From contig CBDBOV010000006.1 in assembly GCA_965208575.1 (NCBI GenBank), positions 736,001-800,000 of the forward strand: a DNA stretch of 64,000 bases, read 5' to 3'. Of this stretch, positions 9,356-20,251 are shown in pieces. The position numbers and the translations under genes are program-made. Numbering within the stretch: position 1 is the stretch's first letter; every line of letters starts with the position of its first letter. This stretch comes from Spirochaetia bacterium (GTDB lineage Bacteria > Spirochaetota > Spirochaetia > SZUA-6 > Bin103). Under the pieces are notes generated by a model that was not told the origin of the DNA, ran no database searches, and saw nothing but the letters and a program-made list of their open reading frames with translations.

Positions 9356-10390
9356 ATGGCAGGCACCCGGCAACGAGGCAGGCTGATCCGGCGCTACCTC
9401 GCCGAGAGGATCGACTCCGGTTCGCAAGACGTTGTTCGGGAGACAACGCGCGAGTTCGGTATTTCCCGTCAAGCGGTCAACAAGCACATACGCCGCTTGG
9501 TAGACGATGGGCACGTAGAGGTGCGGGGAGCCAGTCGGAGCCGCCGCTACTCGCTGTCGATCATTGATCGCCAGACCACGGCATTGAGCCTTGGCAAGCA
9601 GCTCAATGAAAACCTGGTGTGGCGACGTCAGGTCGCACCTCTCCTTCCTGACCTCGCCACAAACGCGATCGACATCTGGGCTTACAGCTTCCAGGAAATG
9701 CTGAACAACGCGATCGATCACTCGTCAGGCACGAACGTCGCCGTCGACATCGAGCGCACAACTACATCTACGGAGATGACGATTCTGGATGACGGATACG
9801 GGATCTTCAGGAAGATCAAGGAAGCCCTGGAACTTGAAGACGAACGCCACGCGGTATTCGAATTGACCAAGGGCAAGTTGACGACCGATCCCGACAACCA
9901 CACCGGCGAAGGCATATTCTTCACGTCTCGAATGTTCGATGAATTCTCCATCGACTCCGGCAGCGTGTACCTGTCTCACCGGAGCCCGACAGAAGAGTAC
10001 TGGGTGTTCGACAACGACGAATTCGTCACCGGCACTCGGGTACGCATGAAATTGTCGAATGATACCGCCAGAACCTCGAAAGAAGTATTCGACGCATTCA
10101 CGGGAGACGACGACTACGCGTTCACCAAGACGGTGGTCCCGGTCGATCTGGCGAGATACGGCAACGATGCGTTGATTTCGCGTTCACAGGCGAGACGTGT
10201 CCTGGCGCGCCTCGACCGGTTCAACACTGTTGTGCTCAACTTCAAGAACGTCGACCGGGTGGGTCAGGGCTTCGCCGACCAGGTGTTCCGGGTATTCGCA
10301 CGCGCCCATCCCGAAATCGCGCTCATTCCCATCAACGCCGATCCGCAGGTCATGTCGATGATCAAACGGGCCAACTCCCGCATCTGGTAG
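9356..10390 (+). CDS. HTH + HATPase + STAS-like (DUF4325-type) protein
   Basis: N-terminal HTH (FGISRQAVNKHI), EMLNNAIDHS N-box, DDGYGIF, GEGIFF, C-terminal SRSQARR...GQGFADQVFRVF; lower GC than the flanks. Confidence 0.8.
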   Translation: MAGTRQRGRLIRRYLAERIDSGSQDVVRETTREFGISRQAVNKHIRRLVDDGHVEVRGASRSRRYSLSIIDRQTTALSLGKQLNENLVWRRQVAPLLPDLATNAIDIWAYSFQEMLNNAIDHSSGTNVAVDIERTTTSTEMTILDDGYGIFRKIKEALELEDERHAVFELTKGKLTTDPDNHTGEGIFFTSRMFDEFSIDSGSVYLSHRSPTEEYWVFDNDEFVTGTRVRMKLSNDTARTSKEVFDAFTGDDDYAFTKTVVPVDLARYGNDALISRSQARRVLARLDRFNTVVLNFKNVDRVGQGFADQVFRVFARAHPEIALIPINADPQVMSMIKRANSRIW

Positions 10391-10444
10391 CCGCCCTCCC
10401 CCGCCCGCTACAGCGTCGACCGCGCGAACGGCACTGGCCGGCTG

Positions 10445-11509
10445 CTAGCGGGGCGGTGCGCCGCCGTAGCGGAGGCCGGTGGGGACGACGTCGGTTTCGC
10501 GGCCGGCGCGGATGGCGAGGGCGGCGTCGAACGTGCTCCAGAAGTCGTGGTCCGGCGTGTAGCCGAGCAGCTCGCGCACCTTGGTGTGGTCGAACTCGAA
10601 GTAGTTGGGCGACGGCATGCGCACGTCGGCGTAGCCGACCCCGAGGCGCTCGGCCAGGGCCGGCACCAGCTCCTCCCACACGGTGAGCAGGCCGCCCACC
10701 GTGAACGCCTCGCCCACGGCGGCGTCGGCGTCCAGTGCCAGCGCCAGCCCCTTGGCGATGTCGCGCACGTCGGCCCACTCCTGCTTGAAGGTGCGCCGGT
10801 CGGGACAGCGGCTGATCAGCAGGCGCTTGCCCGCATCCCAGGCCGTATCGAGCTCGCGAAGGGCATCGCGTGCCGCCGGCGACGGATCGGCCTGCGCCCG
10901 CAGCCGCTCGCGCGTCCCGCGCAGGCTCCAGTGCAGCGGAATGCCCTCCTCGTCGAGCAGCTCGCTCGGCTCGAGCACCGTGGTGAAGCGGCACACCACG
11001 GTTGGCACCCCGTACTGGTAGTGGTAGTTCATGCACAGCTCCTCGCCGATCCACTTGGTCAGAAAGTAGGGCATCAGCTTGCTGTGGCTCACCTCGTCCT
11101 CGCGGATCGGGCGCTCGAACAGGCGCCCGTCATCCTCCGTGCGCCAGTACACCGCCTCCGTGCAGGCGTACACCAGGCGGTGCAGGTGCGGCGCGTGGGC
11201 GCGGATCGCCTCCAGCACGTGGATGGTTCCGAGCCCGTTGATCTGCAGGTACTCGACGTTGTCGTGCGGCGAGGCGAACGCGGCGGCGATGTGGTACACG
11301 GCGTCCACCCCCTTGACCGCCCGCTGCACGGCGGCGTAGTCGCGCAGGTCGCCCTCCACCAGTTCGACGTTCGCGAAGCCGTCCAGCTTGTGCGCCCGGC
11401 TGGCATCGCCCGGGAACACGAAGCCGCGAATCTGGTGCCCCTGCCCGAGCAGCCGGCGCACCAGGTTGCCGCCGATGCGCCCATTGGAACCGGTAACCAG
11501 AATCTTCAT
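10445..11509 (-). CDS. NAD-dependent epimerase/dehydratase
   Basis: ILVTGSNGRIG, YFLTK (YxxxK), DVRDIA. Confidence 0.88.
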   Translation of the reverse strand: MKILVTGSNGRIGGNLVRRLLGQGHQIRGFVFPGDASRAHKLDGFANVELVEGDLRDYAAVQRAVKGVDAVYHIAAAFASPHDNVEYLQINGLGTIHVLEAIRAHAPHLHRLVYACTEAVYWRTEDDGRLFERPIREDEVSHSKLMPYFLTKWIGEELCMNYHYQYGVPTVVCRFTTVLEPSELLDEEGIPLHWSLRGTRERLRAQADPSPAARDALRELDTAWDAGKRLLISRCPDRRTFKQEWADVRDIAKGLALALDADAAVGEAFTVGGLLTVWEELVPALAERLGVGYADVRMPSPNYFEFDHTKVRELLGYTPDHDFWSTFDAALAIRAGRETDVVPTGLRYGGAPPR

Positions 11510-11513
11510 TGTT

Positions 11514-12662
11514 CTATGCCTCCACGCGGTAGCCGCCGCCGGCGCGCACGCCGCGCTCGATCAGTTCCGGCTCCAGGTCGAAGCCGGTGCCGGGGGTGTC
11601 CGGCACCAGCAGCTTGCCGTCGCGCAGTTCCCAGCCGTCCAGCAGCACGCCCTCGGTGTCGGCCGGCGCCGCCTCCTGCACGGCGAAGTTGGGCACCGAC
11701 GCCGCGAAGTGGGCGTGCGCGTAGCGCTCGATGATCGAGCCCCAGCAGTGGGGGGCGCAGCGCGCGCCCCACGTCTCGATGCGCGCCGCGGTGGCCTTCC
11801 ACCAGGTCAGCCCCATGGCGCGAAAGTCGTGCTGCACCACGTCGATGTCTCCCGCCTTCACCATGTCGAAGAACGTGGGCGGCGGCGGCCCCGACTCTCC
11901 GTCCGCCACCAGGGTCGCGTAGCCGCGCTCGCGAATGAACTGCTTCAGGTCGGCGTTGAGCGCCGGGTCCTCCCCGAACGGCTCCTCGAACCAGTAGAGG
12001 CCGGCATCGGCGCACGCGTCCAGGGTATCCTTGGTGCTGTTCAGGGTGCCGCCGTTATTGGCGTCCACCAGGATCTTGGCGTCCGCGCCGGCCGCCTCGC
12101 GCACGGCGTGGATCACCAGCACGTCGCGTTCCAGGCCGGCGGCGGTAGGCATCCAGCGCGCCCCGCGGCCGATCTTGATCTTGAAGTTGCGGTAGCCAAA
12201 GCGGTAGCCGGTCGCCACCTCTTCGCGGAAGATCTCGCGGGCCGCCTCGTCGTCGGCATCCAGGTCGTCGATATACACCGAACCGTCGTACAACTCGACC
12301 GCACGGTTGCCGCGCGCCCCGAGCAGCCGGTACAGCGGCACCCCTTCCAGCTTCGCGGCGAGGTCCCACAGTGGCAGGTCGATCGCCGCGCCCCCCGCCG
12401 GCGATCCGGTCGGCAGCGTGCCGGTCGGCAGCCGAAACAACTCCCCGAGGCGGCGCCCCACCAGCGCCTCGGCGCCATCCCGCTCCAGCCGCGCCCAGCC
12501 GACGCCGACCGCGCCGCTCGCGGTGTGCACGCGCACCACCGGGTCCTGCACCACGGTGCCGTGCGCACCGCTGCGGGCGTTGCAGCCGATGTCGCGCGGC
12601 CGCGGGCTGTGCAACTCGATGCGTTCGATCCGGCAAATCCGCTCGCGCGAGATGTCGCTCAT
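11514..12662 (-). CDS. Mandelate racemase/muconate lactonizing enzyme (enolase superfamily)
   Basis: IDLPLWDL, FKIKIGRG, VDAN, WFEEPF, ADGE, PHCWG. Confidence 0.85.
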   Translation of the reverse strand: MSDISRERICRIERIELHSPRPRDIGCNARSGAHGTVVQDPVVRVHTASGAVGVGWARLERDGAEALVGRRLGELFRLPTGTLPTGSPAGGAAIDLPLWDLAAKLEGVPLYRLLGARGNRAVELYDGSVYIDDLDADDEAAREIFREEVATGYRFGYRNFKIKIGRGARWMPTAAGLERDVLVIHAVREAAGADAKILVDANNGGTLNSTKDTLDACADAGLYWFEEPFGEDPALNADLKQFIRERGYATLVADGESGPPPPTFFDMVKAGDIDVVQHDFRAMGLTWWKATAARIETWGARCAPHCWGSIIERYAHAHFAASVPNFAVQEAAPADTEGVLLDGWELRDGKLLVPDTPGTGFDLEPELIERGVRAGGGYRVEA

Positions 12663-12904
12663 CCGGTAGCCCTCCCCTGCGTTGCGCGGCAGCGTGCGTC
12701 GAAGCACCGCAGAAGCGCAACCCCCGCCTCATAGCGTGGTCGGCGCGACAACGGACTTCGCGCACGATGCGTGGCAGATGATCGGGCGCGGGCAGCGGGC
12801 GGCGGTCACCATCTCCGCGTGCCCGCTGAAGCGGCAGTGAGCTGGTCCCGGAAAAACGGACGGTATGGTAGAGTGTATCCAAGGCCACGAGGAGGGCCAG
12901 CAAG

Positions 12905-13189
12905 ATGGCGACGAAGAGGCGTCGGTTCACAGCGGAGTTCAAGGCGAAGGTAGTGATGGAGGCGCTGCGGGGAGACCGTACGATCCAGGCGATCGCGGCC
13001 AAGCACGAAATACATCCGAACCAGATCAGCAGTTGGAAGCGGCAGGCTCAGACCGGTCTGCGGGACCTGTTCGCCGACGGCCGGAGCCGGCGGCAGAAGG
13101 AGCACGATGAGACCATTCACGACCTGCATGCCAAGATCGGGGAGTTGACCGTGGAGCGCGATTTTTTAGCACGCGGGCTCGGGCGCTGA
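12905..13189 (+). CDS. IS3 transposase OrfA (HTH)
   Basis: KRRRFTAEFKAKV...HPNQISSWK...KIGELTVERDFL. Confidence 0.92.
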   Translation: MATKRRRFTAEFKAKVVMEALRGDRTIQAIAAKHEIHPNQISSWKRQAQTGLRDLFADGRSRRQKEHDETIHDLHAKIGELTVERDFLARGLGR

Positions 13190-13209
13190 GCCGGGCCGAG
13201 CGACGAGAG

Positions 13210-14046
13210 ATGATCGACCGCGAGCACGACCGTCTGAGCATCAGCCGGCAGTGCCGCCTGATCGGGCTGAACCGGTCGACGCTGTACTACCGAGCGGTGG
13301 GCGAGAGCGCTGACACGCTCGCGTTGATGCGCCGCATCGACGAACTTTATCTGGAATGTCCGTTCTACGGCAGCCGGCAGATGATGCGCCATCTGGCACG
13401 CGAGGGAAAGCGGGTCGGTCGGCACCGGGTGCGGCGGCTGATGCGGCTGTTGGGGCTGGAGGCGATCTACCGCAAGCCACGCACCAGCGTCGCGCACCCG
13501 GACCATCGGGTGTATCCGTATCTGCTGCGAGGGCTTACGATTGAGCGCCCGAACCAGGTGTGGTGCGCGGACTTGACCTACATCCCGGTGCAGGGAGGAT
13601 TTCTGTACCTGGTGGCGATCATGGACTGGGCGAGCCGGCGGGTGTTGGCCTGGCGGCTGTCCAACACGATGGACACCTCCTTCTGCCTGGAGGCGTTGGC
13701 GGACGCTCTGGAAGACTTCGGCATTCCCGAGATCTTCAACACCGATCAGGGCAGCCAGTTCACCAGCATCGCGTTCACCGGCCAGTTGGAGGCGACCGGG
13801 ATACGGTGCTCGATGGACGGGCGCGGTCGTTGTCTGGATAACGTATTCATCGAACGGTTGTGGCGCTCGCTGAAGTACGAGTCGGTATACCTGCACGATT
13901 TGGAGGATGGCTTCGAGGCGCAGCGGGTGATCGACGGGTGGATGGCATTCTACAACGAGACCCGACCACACTCGGCGCTCGGCGGGCGTACGCCCGCGGA
14001 AGCGTACCGCGACGGGGTGGCGGAACAACAGCAGGAGGTGGCGTAG
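13210..14046 (+). CDS. IS3 transposase OrfB (DDE integrase core), fused to OrfA by -1 frameshift
   Basis: WCADLTY, FNTDQGSQF, DNVFIERLWRSLKYE, YNETRPHSAL; T-TTT-TTA slippery site at 13162-13168. Confidence 0.92.
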   Translation: MIDREHDRLSISRQCRLIGLNRSTLYYRAVGESADTLALMRRIDELYLECPFYGSRQMMRHLAREGKRVGRHRVRRLMRLLGLEAIYRKPRTSVAHPDHRVYPYLLRGLTIERPNQVWCADLTYIPVQGGFLYLVAIMDWASRRVLAWRLSNTMDTSFCLEALADALEDFGIPEIFNTDQGSQFTSIAFTGQLEATGIRCSMDGRGRCLDNVFIERLWRSLKYESVYLHDLEDGFEAQRVIDGWMAFYNETRPHSALGGRTPAEAYRDGVAEQQQEVA

Positions 14047-14324
14047 CGAACAGGAACGGCAGGCGGTTGGCATGGGGTGCAAGGGCATCCGAGGACCAAC
14101 GGGAGCGCGAGCAGTGGGGACGAAGTATCCACATATCCACAGGCTCGCTCACCCCCTCCCCGGACCCCACCCCCATTACCGCCGCCTGATCATCTCGACC
14201 AGGAGGGTGGGTTGACAACGAACGAGATGCACTCTACAATATCCCATCCACTGTCCAACCTATCGGGTCCACGTCAGCAGCGAGAGAATCCCCGTTACAG
14301 GAGGTAGAACATCAGGCGCCGCCG

Positions 14325-14353
14325 GTGACACCGGACGCGGCAGAGGATAGAAT
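14325..14353 (+). promoter_or_regulatory. Putative sigma70 promoter of the repeat-protein gene
   Basis: GTGACA-N17-TAGAAT. Confidence 0.5.
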
Positions 14354-14389
14354 CGCAGCCGGGAGCGGAGGGCGTCGGAAGAGGTGTAC

Positions 14390-15175
14390 ATGAGCGTAGA
14401 GTTGATCGGCATCATCGCGGCTTCCATCGCCCTCGGCACCGCCTGGCTTGCTTCGATACGCAGCCTTCGGCAGGAACTGCGAGAACAACGCAGCGACCTG
14501 GCGGCCATGGAGAGCGGCATCCGCGGCGACATGAAGGCCATGGAGAGCGCGATCCGCGGCGACATGAAGGCCATGCGAGGTGAACTTCGTGATGACGACA
14601 GCGGACTTCGCGACGACATGAAGGCCATGGAGAGCGGCATCCGCGGCGACATGAAGGTCATGGAGAGCGGCATCCGCGGCGACATGAAGGCCATGGAGAG
14701 CGGCATCCGCGGCGACCTGGCGGCCATGGAGAGCGGCATCCGCGACGACATGAAGGCCATGGAGAGCGGCATCCGCGACGACATGAAGGCCATGGAGAGC
14801 GGCATCCGCGGCGACATGAAGGCCATGGAGAGCGGCATCCGCGGCGACCTGGCGGCCATGGAGAGCGGCATCCGCGACGACATGAAGGCCATGGAGAGCG
14901 GCATCCGCGACGACATGAAGGCCATGGAGAGCGGCATCCGCGGCGACATGAAGGCCATGGAGAGCGGCATCCGCGGCGAGATCAGGGAACTGCGGGAAGA
15001 AAACCGCGCCTCCGACGCCGGCCTGCGTGCCGAGATGCACAGCGGCTTCAAGGAACTCGGCGACCGCGTCACCAACGTCGGCGACCGGCTGTCGAAGGTC
15101 GAAGGCATCATCGAGGGAATGTTCTGGAGCGGGCGCAACCAGCCGCCGGACAAGCCGCGCGAGGGCGCTGCGTAG
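14390..15175 (+). CDS. Membrane-anchored coiled-coil protein with 11-residue (hendecad) tandem repeats
   Basis: N-terminal hydrophobic helix (ELIGIIAASIALGTAWL), about 13 copies of DMKAMESGIRG, C-terminal RLSKVEG; GAGG RBS. Confidence 0.8.
   Translation: MSVELIGIIAASIALGTAWLASIRSLRQELREQRSDLAAMESGIRGDMKAMESAIRGDMKAMRGELRDDDSGLRDDMKAMESGIRGDMKVMESGIRGDMKAMESGIRGDLAAMESGIRDDMKAMESGIRDDMKAMESGIRGDMKAMESGIRGDLAAMESGIRDDMKAMESGIRDDMKAMESGIRGDMKAMESGIRGEIRELREENRASDAGLRAEMHSGFKELGDRVTNVGDRLSKVEGIIEGMFWSGRNQPPDKPREGAA
14495..14977 (+). repeat. 33-bp coding tandem repeat (VNTR)
   Basis: Unit GACATGAAGGCCATGGAGAGCGGCATCCGCGGC with variants; 11 contiguous copies plus 2-3 upstream. Confidence 0.95.
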
Positions 15176-15195
15176 CACCGCCGACAGCGATCACG

Positions 15196-15339
15196 CATTT
15201 CGGCCTGCCGCCGGGAATTGTGCCGCAAGCGCTGGCAGTCACCTGGCCCGACGGCACGGCCACCGCGGTGACCGGCGTCCGCGCCGGCACACTCGTCACC
15301 GTGGAGCGCGTCGCCACCGGGCGCGGCACGGCTGGTTGA
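15196..15339 (+). pseudogene. C-terminal remnant of an ASPIC/UnbV (CRTAC1-like) gene
   Basis: HFGLPPGIVPQALAVTWPDGTATAVTGVRAGTLVTVER...* matches the C-terminus of the 205-2037 protein (HFGFPAG...LAVVWPDG...LVTVQR). Confidence 0.7.
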
Positions 15340-15360
15340 AGCAGCAGCGGACTCGCCCGG

Positions 15361-16110
15361 TCAGCCGCCGAGTTGCGCAGCCAGGTCGCGGAAGTCGGTG
15401 GCGGCCACGTCGAACGACTCGGGTGCGATCGGCTCCGGCACTGCAGCCGGGCCGCGTTCCAGCGGGCGCGGCACCACGGCGGTTTTCAGGCCCAGGGACG
15501 CGGCCGCCTGCAGGTCGCCGGCGTGGGCGGCCACCATCATCACTTCGCCCGGCTGCAACCCGAGCAGTTCCACGCCGGTCAGGTAGGTCTTCGGGTCCGG
15601 CTTGTAGGCGCGGGCCAACTCGGCGCCCAGAATGCAGTCCCAGGGCAACCCCGCGAAGCGCGCCAGGTTGGTCATCAACGCCACGTTGCCATTGGACATG
15701 GCGGCGATGATGAAGCGCGCCTTGAGGCGGGCCAGTCCGGCGGGGGCGTCGGGCCAGGGGTCGAGCCGGTGCCAGGCCAGGTTCAGATCCGCCTTGGCGG
15801 CCTCCGACACGCCCGCGATCCCGAACTCGGCGAGCAGTTCCTCCAGGGCGAGGCGGTGCAGGCCGTCCAGGTTGGTCCACGGCAATTCGCCGCGGCGCAC
15901 CTTGTCCATGAACGGCCCGTACTTGCCGCGCCAGGCGTCGGCGAATGCCTCCCAGTCGGCGTCGATGCCATTTGCCCGCCCGAACGCACTCGCCTCCCGG
16001 ATCACCGAGCCGCGCCAGTCCACCACGGTCCCGAACACGTCGAACAGCAGCGCCTTGATGCCGGCACCCCGTGTCGCCGTGCCGGCCGCCGCGGCGAGTA
16101 CGCGGTTCAC
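15361..16110 (-). CDS. Haloacid dehalogenase type II
   Basis: LLFDVFGTVVDW, SNGN, YKPDP, MMVAAH..DL; GTG start overlaps the upstream stop. Confidence 0.88.
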   Translation of the reverse strand: MNRVLAAAAGTATRGAGIKALLFDVFGTVVDWRGSVIREASAFGRANGIDADWEAFADAWRGKYGPFMDKVRRGELPWTNLDGLHRLALEELLAEFGIAGVSEAAKADLNLAWHRLDPWPDAPAGLARLKARFIIAAMSNGNVALMTNLARFAGLPWDCILGAELARAYKPDPKTYLTGVELLGLQPGEVMMVAAHAGDLQAAASLGLKTAVVPRPLERGPAAVPEPIAPESFDVAATDFRDLAAQLGG

Positions 16111-16943
16111 GCCGGCAGCCTCGTGTACGCGGTGACGTGCGGCGGCAGCACGATCAGGCGCCCCGCGGCGTCGGCTTCTTGTTGCAGCCGCTCGGCAAAC
16201 GTGTCGATGCCGAGCTGTTCCGCGGTGGCGATGCCGTACGCCTCCATGAGCGGCAGCAGGCTGGCGAAACCCTGCTTGAGAAACTCGTAGCCCACCCAGT
16301 CCGGGCCGCCGCCCGCGGGCGCCTCCAGGTGCGACACCGGCGCGGGCAATCCCGCCTCCACGAAGGCGTGGTACAACTCCAGTCCCATGCCGACGTTGGC
16401 CCCGGAGCGCCGGAACACCTCCAGCCCCCACTCGACGAGCTGGTTCACGAACGGCGTCTCCGGCGTCCGAACCGATTGGTACAACACCAGTTCCGCCTCC
16501 TGGAATGCCACGATGCCGCGCGGCCGCAGGTGGGTGACCAACTGCCGCAACGCCGTGCCCGGATCGGGCAGGTACATCAGTACCAGGCGGCCGACCAGGG
16601 CGTCGAAGTCGTTGGCGAGTTCCACCTCGCGGGCGTCGCCGGCGATGAACGTGATGTTGTGATGTCCCGCCTGGCGCACGCGCGCGCGGGCGGTTTCCAG
16701 GATGGCGGCGTTCATGTCCACGCCGACGACCGAACCCTGCGGGCCCACCAGTTGCGCGGCCGCCATGGCCACGTCGCCGGCGCCGCTGCCGATGTCCAGC
16801 ACCTTCATGCCGGTGTCGACGCCGGCGTTGCGCAGCATGCGCAGGGTGACCCGCTCGTAGAGGTGGGACTGCTCGATGAGGCGCTCGGTTTCGGCGGCGC
16901 TGCGGCCCATCGTGTAGGCCGTACCCGTCTTGTTCTCGGTCAA
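16107..16943 (-). CDS. Class I SAM-dependent methyltransferase
   Basis: VLDIGSGAGD, GVD, FDALVGRLVLM, LRPRG; TTG start after GGAGGAG. Confidence 0.88.
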   Translation of the reverse strand: MTENKTGTAYTMGRSAAETERLIEQSHLYERVTLRMLRNAGVDTGMKVLDIGSGAGDVAMAAAQLVGPQGSVVGVDMNAAILETARARVRQAGHHNITFIAGDAREVELANDFDALVGRLVLMYLPDPGTALRQLVTHLRPRGIVAFQEAELVLYQSVRTPETPFVNQLVEWGLEVFRRSGANVGMGLELYHAFVEAGLPAPVSHLEAPAGGGPDWVGYEFLKQGFASLLPLMEAYGIATAEQLGIDTFAERLQQEADAAGRLIVLPPHVTAYTRLPA

Positions 16944-17034
16944 ACGAATCTCCTCCGTACACCCGCTGCTTGCGGGACTGGGTGTCGTTGTACCGAAGTT
17001 CGGAGGTCTCGGGAAGCGGTGCGCGGGTACCCGG

Positions 17035-18074
<1,040 letters not shown>

Positions 18075-18075
<1 letters not shown>

Positions 18076-19109
18076 TATCCCGCCCCGCCGTACAGCAGGC
18101 AGCGCACGGTGGCGCCCGATTCCAGCACCGTCGCGGGCGGCGCGGTGCGGTCGCACTCGCCGGCCACGAAGCTCTCGCAGCGCGGGTGGAAGGTGCAGCC
18201 GCCGGGGCGCGCGAACGGGTGCGGCACCATGCCGCGGATCGCCTCCAGCGCGCCGCGCTGCGTGTCGCCGAACTTCGGAATCGACTGGTGCAGGGCGCGC
18301 GTGTAGGGGTGCTTGGGATCGTGGAAGATCGGATCCACCGCCGCCGACTCAACCACCCTGCCGAGGTACATCACCACCACGTCGTCGGCGATCTCCGCCA
18401 CCACGCCGAGGTCGTGGGTAATGAACATCACCGTCATGTTCAGGTCGCGCTGCAACTCCTTGATCAGGTCGAGGATGGTGGCCTCGGTGGTCACGTCGAG
18501 CGCGGTGGTGGGCTCGTCGGCGATCAGCAGGTTGGGGCGGCAGGACAGCGCCATGGCGATCATGGCGCGCTGCCGCATGCCGCCGGAGAGCTGGAACACG
18601 TAGGAGTCGAGGCGCGTTGCCGCCTGCGGGATGCCGACCCGCTCCAGCAGCTCGGCGGCGCGCTCCCGCGCCTGCTCCCTGGTCACCGGCAGGTGCAGGC
18701 GGATCATCTCCACGATCTGGTTGCCGATGGTGTGCACCGGGCTCAGCGACGACATCGGCTCCTGGAAGATCATCGCGATCTCCTCGCCGCGCACCGCGCG
18801 AATCGCCTTGCCGGTGGGCGGCAGGGCGGCCAGGTCCACCACCTCGCCCCCCTCCCGGTGCAGCAGGATCTCGCCCGCCACGATGCGCCCCGGCCGGTCC
18901 ACGATCTGCAGGATGGAGCGCGCCGTGATCGACTTGCCGCAGCCCGACTCGCCCACCACGCACACCGTCTTGCCGCGCGCGATCGCGAAGTCCGCGCCGT
19001 CCACCGCCTTCACCACCCCCTCGTCGGTGAAGAAGTGGGTCTTCAGGCCGTTGATCTCCAGCAGCGGGTCGCGACCGCCGGCACCCCCCGCGCCGATCGG
19101 TGTGCTCAC
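18075..19109 (-). CDS. Oligopeptide ABC transporter ATP-binding protein (OppD/DppD type)
   Basis: [29 protein letters not shown]. Confidence 0.92.
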
Positions 19110-20251
19110 TTGTAGGGGTCCGCGGCGTCGCGGATGCCGTCGCCCAGGAAGTTGAACGCCAGCACCGCCACGATTACCGCCGCGCCGGGCAGGAACAGCC
19201 ACGGCGAGGTGACCAGCACGCGCACGTTCTGCGCCTCCCTGAGCAGCACCCCCCAGCTCACCACGGGCGGGCGCAAGCCGATGCCCAGGAAGCTGAGCGC
19301 GGTCTCGGCGATGATCATCTGCGGAATCGCCAGGGTGAGGGTGGCGATGATGTGGCTGACGAACGAGGGCACCATGTGGCTGACGATCACCTGCAGCTCG
19401 CTGCAGCCGTCCAGCTTGGCGGCCACCACGAAGTCCTCGGTCTTGAGCGAGAAGAACTTGCCGCGCACCGCCTGCGCCAGCCAGGTCCAGCCGATCACCG
19501 ACAGGATGATGGTGATCATGAAGTAGACCAGCACCGGCGACCAGAAGTCCGGGATCGCCGCCGCCAGCCCCATCCACAGCGGAATGGTGGGCATCGAGCG
19601 CAGGATCTCCATGAGGCGCTGAATCAACAGGTCGGCGGTGCCGCCGAAGTAGCCGGAGATGCCGCCGAGCAGCACGCCGAGCACCAGGCTCAGGGTGACT
19701 CCCACCAGGCCGATGGTCATCGAGATGCGGGTGCCGTAGATGATGCGGCTGAACAGGTCGCGACCGAGCCGGTCGGCGCCGAGCGGGAAGAACGGCGCGC
19801 TCTGGTCGACCGGGCCGACCAGGTGGCGCTCGAGCGGGATCAGCCCCCACAGCTTGTACGGCTGGCCCCTGACGAACAGGCGCACGTCGATGCGCTGGCT
19901 CTCGTCGACGGTGAAGGTGCGCTCCAGCGACAGCATGTCGATTTCGGTGGTGTAGCCGTAGACGTGCAGCCCGAACCGCGTCCCCTGCTCGGTCTGCTCG
20001 GTGAACCGGAGCCGCTGCGGCGGCGCGTAGGCGAGCTTGGAGATCATCCGGTCGGTGGAGAACGGCGCCAGGAACTCGACGAACGCAGCCACCAGGTAGA
20101 CCAGGATCACCACCACGCCGCTGGCCAGCGCCAGCTTGTGCTTGCGGAACCGCCACCAGATCAGCCGCCACTGGCTGGCGAGCTGCACGGTTGCGGCAGC
20201 GTCGGTGGAGGTCTCGGCGGCGGCGGGAACCGCCGTGGCGGGGGCGGCCAT
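19106..20251 (-). CDS. ABC transporter permease (OppC type)
   Basis: WWRFRKHKLA, GADRLGRD, ETALSFLG, GDGIRDAADPY. Confidence 0.92.
   Translation of the reverse strand: MAAPATAVPAAAETSTDAAATVQLASQWRLIWWRFRKHKLALASGVVVILVYLVAAFVEFLAPFSTDRMISKLAYAPPQRLRFTEQTEQGTRFGLHVYGYTTEIDMLSLERTFTVDESQRIDVRLFVRGQPYKLWGLIPLERHLVGPVDQSAPFFPLGADRLGRDLFSRIIYGTRISMTIGLVGVTLSLVLGVLLGGISGYFGGTADLLIQRLMEILRSMPTIPLWMGLAAAIPDFWSPVLVYFMITIILSVIGWTWLAQAVRGKFFSLKTEDFVVAAKLDGCSELQVIVSHMVPSFVSHIIATLTLAIPQMIIAETALSFLGIGLRPPVVSWGVLLREAQNVRVLVTSPWLFLPGAAVIVAVLAFNFLGDGIRDAADPYK

Larger units (their letters stand above)
12838..14276 (+). mobile_element. IS3-family insertion sequence, 1439 bp, apparently complete
   Basis: Imperfect terminal IRs TGAGCTGGTCCCG.../TGACGTGGACCCG... 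with shared subterminal GTAGAGTGYATC; 4-bp target duplication GCAG at 12834-12837 and 14277-14280; orfA and orfB present. Confidence 0.92.

Noticed and set aside
14495-14977. 33-bp repeat array as a possible CRISPR
   Set aside because: Units are contiguous with no unique spacers, are in frame within a protein, and no cas genes are present
14260-15228. Repetitive minus-strand ORFs over the repeat gene
   Set aside because: Mirror frames of the tandem repeat; the plus-strand frame has the RBS, promoter and TM anchor
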